This document shows, one piece after another, positions 34,525 to 42,912 of a DNA stretch of 64,000 nt. The notes under the pieces were generated by a model, which had not been told where the DNA came from, ran no database searches, and worked only from the letters and a program-made list of their open reading frames with translations. The DNA is from Thalassospira sp. (GTDB lineage Bacteria > Pseudomonadota > Alphaproteobacteria > Rhodospirillales > Thalassospiraceae): positions 5,945 to 69,944 of the forward strand of contig JBLXDD010000018.1 of the NCBI GenBank assembly GCA_048264285.1. Reading direction: 5' to 3'. How positions within the stretch are numbered: the first letter of the stretch is position 1; every line of letters starts with the position of its first letter. Position numbers and translations under genes: made by a program.

Positions 34525-35115
34525 ATGAGCGGCACGACACCACGACGCACCGGACCAGCAGACCCGGTCGAGGCGAAAAGATGTGCCGATTGGATCGTTG
34601 CCATTGCCGCCACGCATGACCGCGAGGCCTTTGCAAAACTGTTTGCCCATTTCGCACCGCGTGTGAAGGCTTACATGTTCCGGTTTGGCGGCAGTCCGGA
34701 AACCGCCGAGGAAATGGCGCAAGAAGCAATGATGCAGGTCTGGCGCAAGGCGCACTTATTTGATCCGGCCAAGGCCGCAGCCAGTACATGGATTTTTACC
34801 ATTGCCAGGAACCTTCGGATTGACCGGTTCCGGCAACGCAAACATATCGAGGTGGATGATTCCGACCCGACTTTGATCATCGACGAAGACCCGCTGGCTG
34901 ATGATGTTGTCAATCGCAACCAAGAGGCCGTCCTTGTCAAAGCCGCGATGGAAGAATTGCCCCCCGATCAGAAGGTGGTCGTAGAATTGTCGTTTTTTGA
35001 AGATTGCTCTCATAGTGAAATCGCCGAGCGTCTTGGTATCCCGCTTGGGACGGTCAAATCCCGATTGCGGCTTGCACTTGGCAAGTTGCGTGGCGGACTG
35101 GAAGGTGTCGAATGA
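34525..35115 (+). CDS. rpoE: ECF RNA polymerase sigma factor, RpoE (ChrR-partnered group)
   Basis: Close resemblance to my recollection of Rhodobacter sphaeroides RpoE (FAKLFAHFAPRVKAY..., KAHLFDPAKAAASTWIFTIARNLRIDRFR, LGTVKSRLRLAL). The start is set at 34525 because the promoter-like element leaves no room for a leader before 34477. Confidence 0.85.
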   Translation: MSGTTPRRTGPADPVEAKRCADWIVAIAATHDREAFAKLFAHFAPRVKAYMFRFGGSPETAEEMAQEAMMQVWRKAHLFDPAKAAASTWIFTIARNLRIDRFRQRKHIEVDDSDPTLIIDEDPLADDVVNRNQEAVLVKAAMEELPPDQKVVVELSFFEDCSHSEIAERLGIPLGTVKSRLRLALGKLRGGLEGVE

Positions 35116-35816
35116 ATATCAAACATCATCCAACCGATCAGACATTGATGGCGTATGCCAGTGGTTCCCTGTCACAAGCCATGGAACTTCTGATCGCAAC
35201 GCACATGACCGTATGCCCGCATTGCCGTAACAAGGTCGCCGGGTTCGAGGCCATGGGCGGTGCCGTATTGGAAACCACCAACAGCATGGCCATGGAAAAC
35301 CATTCCCTTGACCATGTGATGGCGATGCTTGAACGCGACAGTGCCAACGAAAATATCGTGATCGAAGACGTCGCCCCGATGCGTCAGGTTGCCGTAGGTG
35401 AAAGCATAACCGGTAGTGCGATGGCCGCTTTGCCACGACCGCTTGCCGATTTGTTGCCCGATGATGTGATGTCCCTTGATGACATTCCCTGGAAATCGCT
35501 TGCGCCGGGCGTAAAGCATTTCCAACTGAAATCAATCGAAAGCAAGGGCACTGTACGGCTGATGAAGATCGCACCTGGCGTCTCGATCCCCGATCACGGC
35601 CATCACGGCCACGAGATGACGCTTTTGATCAAAGGATCCTATATCGACGAGATTGGCCGGTTCCGCGCAGGTGATGTTGCGGATCTTGATGACGATATTG
35701 ATCATCAACCGATTGCCGACACGGCCGAGGAATGCATCTGCCTGATCGCAACCGATGCGCCGATGAAATTCAACCGCCTGCTGCCCAAACTTCTGCAGCC
35801 GTTCTTTGGGATTTGA
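35112..35816 (+). CDS. chrR: anti-sigma factor ChrR (zinc anti-sigma domain plus cupin)
   Basis: N-terminus HHPTDQTLMAYASGSL...ATHMTVCPHC (H-x3-C-x2-C zinc motif). C-terminal cupin with HGHHGHE. ATGA overlap with rpoE. Confidence 0.85.
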   Translation: MNIKHHPTDQTLMAYASGSLSQAMELLIATHMTVCPHCRNKVAGFEAMGGAVLETTNSMAMENHSLDHVMAMLERDSANENIVIEDVAPMRQVAVGESITGSAMAALPRPLADLLPDDVMSLDDIPWKSLAPGVKHFQLKSIESKGTVRLMKIAPGVSIPDHGHHGHEMTLLIKGSYIDEIGRFRAGDVADLDDDIDHQPIADTAEECICLIATDAPMKFNRLLPKLLQPFFGI

Positions 35817-35845
35817 TACCAGCTTCCCATGCGTCCCAACGCATC

Positions 35846-35882
35846 GAGGCCCCGTTGGCACCCAGCCTTAGGGGCCTCTTTT
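35846..35882. terminator. hairpin between the convergent chrR and rlmJ genes
   Basis: 8-bp stem gaggcccc/ggggcctc with a long loop, followed by TTTT. Confidence 0.45.
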
Positions 35883-35892
35883 CTATGCGGTT

Positions 35893-36792
35893 CTACACGG
35901 CTGGAACCAGCCAGCGCATGTGATGTTTTGCGGGTCCGGGCAGCTTGCAGGTTTTCGCAAGCCAGTCACCGATTTCGCCTAGATGCTGATCGAACTGCCA
36001 CGGCGGATTAATAACCAAAAGTCCCGTCCCGCGCATACGGCCCTTTGCCCCGCCCTGATCGGTGGCAAGCTCGGCACATAAAACGCCCCCCGATGCCTTG
36101 ATTGCAGCAAATGACGTGCGAAGATCGGCATCAAATCCGTCTTCAAGGATCGGGTACCACAACATGAAAGTCGCAGTCGGCCATCTTTCCCATGCTTCGC
36201 GGATGGCCTTGGCCGCCTTTTGATAATCCTGCTTCACATCATAGCTTGGATCCATCAAAACCAGCCCGCGACGAATGGCCGGAGGCATCATGCCGACCAC
36301 CCCTTCATAGCCATCACGCTTATGCAGATGAATGCGCCGATCGCGTTTTACCCTGTGATGAAGGGTTTCATGTTCGCGCGGATGTAGTTCCATCAAGACC
36401 AGTTCATCATCTTCGCGCAGCATATCACGCACAATGAACGGCGATCCGGGATAAAACGGGCCGTGGTAATCATCCCCGTCACGCACACCGTAATCGCGGC
36501 CCTTGGCGACCGGATCAAAGCCAGCAACATAACCCAGAAATTGTTGCAGCATTTCCGGTGCGTTGCCACCGTCAGTCGCGCCCTTTTTTGCACGCGCATA
36601 ACCGTCTTTCCATTCGCCGGTTTTGGCCGCCTGTTCACTGCCCAGATCATACCACCCTGATCCGGCATGGGTATCAATCACGCAGAACGGCTTTTTCTTT
36701 TTGCGCAAATGTTCCAGGATCACCCAAAGGGCGGCATGCTTGTGCATGTCGGCAAAATTCCCGGCATGAAAGCCGTGCAGGTAACTGAGCAT
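35893..36792 (-). CDS. rlmJ: 23S rRNA (adenine2030-N6)-methyltransferase RlmJ
   Basis: MLSYLHGFHAGNFADMHKHAAL..., IDTHAGSG, LMDPSYD, INPPW: RlmJ hallmarks. Confidence 0.9.
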   Translation of the reverse strand: MLSYLHGFHAGNFADMHKHAALWVILEHLRKKKKPFCVIDTHAGSGWYDLGSEQAAKTGEWKDGYARAKKGATDGGNAPEMLQQFLGYVAGFDPVAKGRDYGVRDGDDYHGPFYPGSPFIVRDMLREDDELVLMELHPREHETLHHRVKRDRRIHLHKRDGYEGVVGMMPPAIRRGLVLMDPSYDVKQDYQKAAKAIREAWERWPTATFMLWYPILEDGFDADLRTSFAAIKASGGVLCAELATDQGGAKGRMRGTGLLVINPPWQFDQHLGEIGDWLAKTCKLPGPAKHHMRWLVPAV

Positions 36793-36798
36793 TGCGGC

Positions 36799-37605
36799 TT
36801 ATCCTTTTTTCGGGCGCGAACGGGAACGGACAGGTTTCGCACCGCGCGGCGACGTTTGCGCATGATCGGTCGCATTGCGTTGACGTGCAGATTTATAACC
36901 GCCCTTGCGCCGGGCAACACCGGGTTTTGCCCCCGCCCCTTTCAGTTTGGCAGTGTTTTGGCTATCGGATGCTTCTTTGTCCGGTAACTGAGTGCGGCGC
37001 GGCGGTTTGGCCGATCCGGGGGATAATTTGCGATGGGTGGCAGGCGGTGCATCAACCTCGATCACTTTCCATTCACCCGGTGCCAAACCATCAAGATCCC
37101 AATCCCCGATGGAGTGGCGGATCAGGCGCAAGGTCGGAAAACCGACTGCTGCGGTCATACGCCGCACCTGACGGTTTTTGCCCTCGGTAATTGTCAGTTC
37201 GATCCAGCTTGTCGGGATGGCCTTGCGATACCGGACCGGCGGATCACGTTCCCAAAGTCCGGCAGGTTCATCAATCCGTCGGGCTTTGGCTGGCAAGGTC
37301 ATGCCGTCTTTAAGCGCAACCCCATTGCGCAGGGCATCAAGGGCCTCGTCAGTTGGTTCACCATCGACCTGTACAAGATATGTTTTGGGCTTTTTAAATT
37401 TCGGGTGGGCAATCTGGGCATTGAGTGGCCCGTTATCGGTCAGTAACAACAGACCTTCGCTGTCACGATCAAGCCTGCCGGCGGCATAAACACCAGGCAG
37501 ATTGATATAATCAGCCAAAGTCGCCCGGCCGTTTTCACGGTCGGTGAACTGGGTCAAAACACCATAGGGCTTGTTAAACAGGATCAATTGCGCCATGGCG
37601 CGCAT
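36799..37605 (-). CDS. RsuA/RluE-type pseudouridine synthase with a basic C-terminal tail
   Basis: [32 protein letters not shown] (catalytic Asp), [10 protein letters not shown]. About 83 C-terminal residues are Lys/Arg/Pro-rich. The start may be 37596. Confidence 0.8.
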   Translation of the reverse strand: MRAMAQLILFNKPYGVLTQFTDRENGRATLADYINLPGVYAAGRLDRDSEGLLLLTDNGPLNAQIAHPKFKKPKTYLVQVDGEPTDEALDALRNGVALKDGMTLPAKARRIDEPAGLWERDPPVRYRKAIPTSWIELTITEGKNRQVRRMTAAVGFPTLRLIRHSIGDWDLDGLAPGEWKVIEVDAPPATHRKLSPGSAKPPRRTQLPDKEASDSQNTAKLKGAGAKPGVARRKGGYKSARQRNATDHAQTSPRGAKPVRSRSRPKKG

Positions 37606-37657
37606 AAAACCAGCTTTGGCGGCGCTGTCAACTTGTCACTGACAGGATTTATCCTGA

Positions 37658-38392
37658 TTAATCCTCGATCAGGTATTCCATGGTCGTAACCACGCGCACG
37701 GTTTTGTTGATCTGGTTGGCTTCCATCATGTTGGGGGCGCCATCGGCGGCCAATATCTGAAACAGGCCCTGTGTCGCGCGGCGGATACCCCCCAGTTCGC
37801 CGCCGGAATCGGTGGCAAATTGCTGGGCAGCTTCGCGGGCATTGGCCGTTGCCGCCGCGATCATTTCCGGTTTGATGTCGTTAAGGCCGGTGAACAGGTA
37901 ACTCGGCCCCGGGTTATATCCCTGCCCGCCCAGCACAACGCCACCTTGCAACAATTTGCCGATATCCTGCGACGCCGCAACCACCGCATCAACATCGTCG
38001 GTGCGGACCTGAATGGTCTGATTAACGATATAGCGGCTTTCGATCGGACCGGATCGATAGGACTGGGCAAGCTGATCGGTTACTTGCAGGTTTTGCAATT
38101 CCGTTGCTTCGCGCGCGATCCCGTGACTGGCAAGGAATTCAAAGAGGGTGTTGGTATCAGCATCAATCTTGGCCTGTGCGTTTTGCAGCACATCATCGGT
38201 CGCGACATAGGTGATCGGCCAGACGGCCTTGTCGGCCTTCACATCGCGTTCCGCCAATCCCTTGACCGTGACATAGCGATCAAGGGCACGCATGTTTTCA
38301 ATGCCCGTCCCGACCAGCCACCCCGACGCGGTAAGACCGCCGGCAACAACGATTGCGGCCAAAACTTTTGCAAATCCAGATGCCTGCGCCAT
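37658..38392 (-). CDS. SIMPL (DUF541) domain periplasmic protein
   Basis: The ATG at 38392 is preceded by AAGGGGA. Signal anchor followed by a SIMPL-like body (VTVKGLAERDVKAD..., ...VRVVTTMEYLI). Confidence 0.75.
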   Translation of the reverse strand: MAQASGFAKVLAAIVVAGGLTASGWLVGTGIENMRALDRYVTVKGLAERDVKADKAVWPITYVATDDVLQNAQAKIDADTNTLFEFLASHGIAREATELQNLQVTDQLAQSYRSGPIESRYIVNQTIQVRTDDVDAVVAASQDIGKLLQGGVVLGGQGYNPGPSYLFTGLNDIKPEMIAAATANAREAAQQFATDSGGELGGIRRATQGLFQILAADGAPNMMEANQINKTVRVVTTMEYLIED

Positions 38393-38622
38393 GGTGCATT
38401 TCCCCTTTTTGAGACCCCAGAGCATTTTCTAGAATATCACAGATTGATATTATGGACTTTATCAATCCGGATATCGGCATAAAAACGGCCTAAGCGCGGC
38501 AGGTTTGGGGAAATGGTGCAAAATCATCGGATATCGCAAATCCATTTGAATGCATTCAAAAACTGTCGCATTCACCATTCGGGCATGCTAAAAGCCGACC
38601 AGTCATCTACAACAAATGTCAT

Positions 38623-39312
38623 ATGAGGTCATCCATGCTGCGCTCTGAAATCAATGCCTGTATCGAGCATGCCAAGGAGCTTTATGCATCCATCTCATTC
38701 AAATTGCCTGAATGGGGTCATTACAGCCCGGCCGACTGGAGCAATGACCCCGATCTGGCAAAATGGTGCCGTGACCACCAGATGGGCTGGGACGTCACCG
38801 ATTATGGTGAAGGCAATTTCGAAAAGCGCGGTCTGATCCTGTTTTGTCTGCGCAACGGTATCCTGCGCCAGCCGGGCGAAGTACCCTATGCTGAAAAAAT
38901 CATGATTGTCGGCGAAAATCAGGAATGCCCGTGGCATTACCACAAGGTCAAGATGGAAGACATCATCGTGCGCGGTGGCGGTAACCTTGTAATCGAACTG
39001 TGCAACCTGACCGAAGATGGCCAGATGGACCGCGTCAATGATGTACGCGTGCGCACCGATGGCAAACTCAACATTCTGCCTGCCGGCGGCAAGGTTGTTC
39101 TGGAACCGGGTCAAAGTGTTACCTTGCCACGAACCCTTGTACATCGCTTCTATGGCGAAGAGGGCAAGGGCCCGGTGATTGTCGGTGAAGTTTCCCAGGT
39201 CAATGACGATTTGGCTGACAACTATTTCTTTGATTGCGATGCACGCTTTACCGAAATCGAAGAAGACGTTGCGCCGATCCATCCGCTGTGGAACGAGCTG
39301 CCGGGCACCTGA
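38623..39312 (+). CDS. D-lyxose/D-mannose-family sugar isomerase (cupin)
   Basis: 229 aa. EKIMIVGENQECPWHYHKVKMEDIIVRGGG is the metal-binding cupin core I associate with D-lyxose ketol-isomerases. Confidence 0.7.
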   Translation: MRSSMLRSEINACIEHAKELYASISFKLPEWGHYSPADWSNDPDLAKWCRDHQMGWDVTDYGEGNFEKRGLILFCLRNGILRQPGEVPYAEKIMIVGENQECPWHYHKVKMEDIIVRGGGNLVIELCNLTEDGQMDRVNDVRVRTDGKLNILPAGGKVVLEPGQSVTLPRTLVHRFYGEEGKGPVIVGEVSQVNDDLADNYFFDCDARFTEIEEDVAPIHPLWNELPGT

Positions 39313-39335
39313 ACGCGGTAATCGTCGCTAATATC

Positions 39336-39367
39336 AAAGGCCCTGTGGAATTTCCGCAGGGCCTTTT
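39336..39367. terminator. bidirectional terminator between convergent genes
   Basis: Stem aaaggccctg/cagggccttt, flanked by an A-run on the left and a T-run on the right. Confidence 0.7.
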
Positions 39368-39391
39368 GTATGAGCCGGTTTTGATCCGGGA

Positions 39392-40360
39392 TTATTCGTC
39401 AGGCGGCAGGTCTTCCTTGCTGCCAAGAATATCGGTGAATTCCGGCATGTCTCGCAGGGGTTCGAATTCTTCCTCGCTCCAGGCCGGCTGGCGCATGGCA
39501 TCAGAAAGTTCGACGGCCCGCCGAAGATCGGCAAGGGCGGCTTCCTTGAAACCAAGACCTGCATTAGCACAAGCACGCTGATAATGACCATTGGCACTTT
39601 CGGGTTCTTCGGCCAACAACCGGTTGCACAAACTAAGCGCCCAGTCCCGATCACCAAGTTGCAAGGCCGCATCTGCCTTATAGGCCATGACTTCGGGATC
39701 GCCCGGCGCAAGTTCGAGGATCTTGTCATAGGTTTCGATCTTTGAACGCGGATTGCTCAGCTGATTGGCCTGAAGCCACAAGGCATGAATGGTCTGGGTG
39801 CGTTCGATTTCGTGTTGATGTTCGTTGATCAATTTCGATTTCAACAAAAGTTCTTTTTCAAGCGATGTCAGACGCCCTTCAAATTCCTGGGACAGGCGTT
39901 GCAGTTCGGTATTTGCCAGGTTGCGCACGCTTGATTTCAATTCACGCAAAGATTGCCAGCCAAGCATGGTCAAAAGCGCACCAACCGCAGCAACGAAATA
40001 GAAGAAATAAGTGACCGTGTTTGACGAATAGGAAATCGCCTTGTCGATGGCTTCAAGCTGCCGGTTCACCACCTCGCGCAGCAATTCAGCACGCATGCCC
40101 TGCATCTCGGTCCGCAGGTTTTTCAACTCATCAAGGACATAACGTTCCATCAAGGGCGGCATGTTGGAACGTTCTTCGCTTGAAAGCGGGCGGAAGTCAA
40201 CGGGCGGGGTATCGGGATTATGGGCCGCACTGTCCGTAGTCTGCTGACTGACGGTGGTTTCTTCTGTCGTGCCGCTGCTTTGAGCAAGCGCCGTCTCGCC
40301 AATCAAGACAACGCCCAATGCAATGGCGACAGCCGCCATCGAAGCCAATTGTTTCCGCAT
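39392..40360 (-). CDS. membrane-anchored coiled-coil / TPR protein
   Basis: The ATG at 40360 is preceded by AGGAAG. Signal peptide (AAVAIALGVVLIGETALA), heptad-like region, one internal TM helix (VTYFFYFVAAVGALLTMLGW) and C-terminal TPR-like repeats. Confidence 0.6.
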   Translation of the reverse strand: MRKQLASMAAVAIALGVVLIGETALAQSSGTTEETTVSQQTTDSAAHNPDTPPVDFRPLSSEERSNMPPLMERYVLDELKNLRTEMQGMRAELLREVVNRQLEAIDKAISYSSNTVTYFFYFVAAVGALLTMLGWQSLRELKSSVRNLANTELQRLSQEFEGRLTSLEKELLLKSKLINEHQHEIERTQTIHALWLQANQLSNPRSKIETYDKILELAPGDPEVMAYKADAALQLGDRDWALSLCNRLLAEEPESANGHYQRACANAGLGFKEAALADLRRAVELSDAMRQPAWSEEEFEPLRDMPEFTDILGSKEDLPPDE

Positions 40361-40565
40361 TTTTCTTCCTGTTTTTCTTCTTCGCATAGAAACCAAACAA
40401 TAGGTCCTGACCCTAGCGAACATGCTTGAATAAACCAATAAATTTACAACCTATGCCCTCTGTACGCGCATATAAGGAAACTGTTATGGTTTATGTGTTC
40501 GAAATGCACCCCTACCGGACAGGCGTGCCGTATTTTCTCGACATTATTGCTTCAGGTTCCCCGGA

Positions 40566-41600
40566 ATGCCTCAGCGAGAAATATACCGACAACGCTCCTA
40601 TGTGTTGTCGGGAAAAGCAATGGAATTGATACATGAATTGGGTTTAAGCGCGAACCCGATCAATTTCGCTGTTTTCTTTGCCTATGCCGAGAAATCAAAT
40701 GATGCCCTTGTTGCCTTGATTGATATTCATCGCAGCAACAACCGTGCAATTGATGACCTGAAATGCCACGAATTGTATCAGCGCTATATAGAGCCTGACC
40801 GGATGGCACTTTTGCACGACAGCATATCAACCGAGTTGCAGCACACCATTTCCGATCTGATTGACCAATTATCCCAAGACAACGAACAGATTAGCACAAC
40901 CAAGCTGCGCACAGCAGTTGATGAACTTTTGGCGACCGGCAACCATCAAGAACGCCAAAGCACCCTGCAAGACCATGCGTCCTCGTTAAAACCCCTGCCC
41001 CGGACTTCATCCCCGGCCGAAGTTACGCAGTTGCTTCTTGATCTTGCAGAAATGCGCCGCGAAGCCCATACCGATGGCCTGACAGGCATTGCCAACCGCA
41101 AGGCCTTTGACGAAAGTCTGCGCGACGCTGCGATGGCGACAATGGAAGCGGGCGAATGTCTTAGCATCTTGCTTATTGATATTGATCACTTCAAACAGAT
41201 CAATGACACCCACGGCCATCAGGCCGGTGATCAGGTGATCCGGACCGTGGCAAAGACCTTGAAGGAAAATGTCAAAGGGCGTGACACTACTGCGCGTTAC
41301 GGCGGCGAAGAATTTGCCGTCATTCTGCCTGCTACCACTCTTGCGGCAGCAATGCGGGTGGCAGAAAATATCCGCATCTCGATCGCAGAGCTTGATCTGA
41401 CCAGTGAAATTCATAACGAAGAATTGGGCAAAATCACCGCTTCGATCGGGGTTGCAACCTTTAAAATGGGTGAACCACTGACGCGGATGATCGAACGTGC
41501 GGATCAGGCGCTTTACTTTGCCAAGGCCGGTGGCCGCAATTGCGTCATGAATCAGAATGATGTCGTGACACAGCCGATCACACGCGCCCAGACCGGCTGA
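40566..41600 (+). CDS. diguanylate cyclase (GGDEF)
   Basis: C-terminal GGDEF domain (DGLTGIANRKAF, DIDHFKQINDTHGHQAGD, RYGGEEFAVILP). N-terminal roughly 170 aa of unknown function. Confidence 0.85.
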   Translation: MPQREIYRQRSYVLSGKAMELIHELGLSANPINFAVFFAYAEKSNDALVALIDIHRSNNRAIDDLKCHELYQRYIEPDRMALLHDSISTELQHTISDLIDQLSQDNEQISTTKLRTAVDELLATGNHQERQSTLQDHASSLKPLPRTSSPAEVTQLLLDLAEMRREAHTDGLTGIANRKAFDESLRDAAMATMEAGECLSILLIDIDHFKQINDTHGHQAGDQVIRTVAKTLKENVKGRDTTARYGGEEFAVILPATTLAAAMRVAENIRISIAELDLTSEIHNEELGKITASIGVATFKMGEPLTRMIERADQALYFAKAGGRNCVMNQNDVVTQPITRAQTG

Positions 41601-41737
41601 TCGGGAACGCCCCACGTCATCGGACGGCTCAGCACGGTGGATGATTTATATCAAGCCACTTGCACCCTCTTTTCAATAGCATGGACATCCTTGGGGGTCT
41701 GGTCCCCAAAGCAACAAAACGCTGCGGCAGGCGATTG

Positions 41738-42844
41738 ATGATGAGTGCGGACAGGATTGACCACAACACAGCGCAGACCTATAGCAAATCTGCGCTTGAA
41801 TTGATGGATGAACTGGGTGTGGTTTCCCACCCGGATAATTTCCAGATATTTTTTACCTATGTTGCAGGAACGAATGTCGACCTTGTCCGCACGATCGACA
41901 TTCTGCGCAGTAACAATCGCGCCATTGACGAGGAAAAGTGTCAGGAAATTTTTACCAAGTTTTTTAACGACAAACGCGAAAACGAAATCATCGAACGCAT
42001 TTCGAATGATCTGCGCGTACAGCTTGGCAGCATTCTTGATACCATTCACAAGGTTGGCATCGACACCGGAAAATACAGCAAGGCACTGGATCATTTCTGT
42101 TCCTATGTCGGCGATAAAAACCGGGATCTGAGCAATCTGGAACAGGCGTTGCACACCCTTCTTGGCGCCACACGCGAGATGGAGGGGGTCAACCGCATTC
42201 TGGAAAGTCAGTTGACCAACAGCTCCAGCGAAATTGATCGTTTGCGTGAAGATATGGAAAACCTGAAACGCGAAGCCCTGACCGACGGCCTGACAGGCAT
42301 CGCCAATCGCAAGGCATTCGATCTTCAGCTTCGCGACGACATGATGCATTGCATGGAAGATGGTCAGCCACTTTGCCTGCTATTGCTTGACATCGACCAT
42401 TTCAAAAAATTCAACGACACCTATGGCCATCAGATCGGCGATCAGGTGATTCGCCTAATGGCCAGTTCCCTAAAGTGCAATATCAAGGGCCAAGACACGG
42501 CCGCCCGGTATGGCGGCGAAGAATTTTCCATTATTTTGCCGCGCACAACTCTTGATCAGGCTGTGCATTTTGCAGAACATCTGCGGCAATATATCGAAAG
42601 CCACAAGGTCGTTACCAAAAGCGGTAAAACCATGATTGGCAAGGTCACGGCATCAATCGGAGCAGCCCAGTTCCGCCCGGGTGAACCGGTTGCGAAACTG
42701 GTCAATCGTGCTGACAAGGCCCTGTATTTTGCCAAGGAACATGGCCGCAATCAGGTAGCCAGCGAACAACAGAGCGCCGACGATGGTCGCCCGCGCAAAA
42801 ACATCGCAATGGTCAACTACCAGACCAAGGGTGCTGCGGAATAG
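41738..42844 (+). CDS. diguanylate cyclase (GGDEF), paralog of the preceding gene
   Basis: RYGGEEFSIILP and DIDHFKKFNDTYGHQIGD. The N-terminal domain aligns with that of 40566-41600. The track ORF starts at TTG 41660; the ATG at 41738 is preferred by alignment with the paralog. Confidence 0.85.
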   Translation: MMSADRIDHNTAQTYSKSALELMDELGVVSHPDNFQIFFTYVAGTNVDLVRTIDILRSNNRAIDEEKCQEIFTKFFNDKRENEIIERISNDLRVQLGSILDTIHKVGIDTGKYSKALDHFCSYVGDKNRDLSNLEQALHTLLGATREMEGVNRILESQLTNSSSEIDRLREDMENLKREALTDGLTGIANRKAFDLQLRDDMMHCMEDGQPLCLLLLDIDHFKKFNDTYGHQIGDQVIRLMASSLKCNIKGQDTAARYGGEEFSIILPRTTLDQAVHFAEHLRQYIESHKVVTKSGKTMIGKVTASIGAAQFRPGEPVAKLVNRADKALYFAKEHGRNQVASEQQSADDGRPRKNIAMVNYQTKGAAE

Positions 42845-42912
42845 CAATTTGCACCGCTGGCACTGACACCGGTGTGATTTCGGCGTATAAGCACCACCGA
42901 AATTCACACCGA

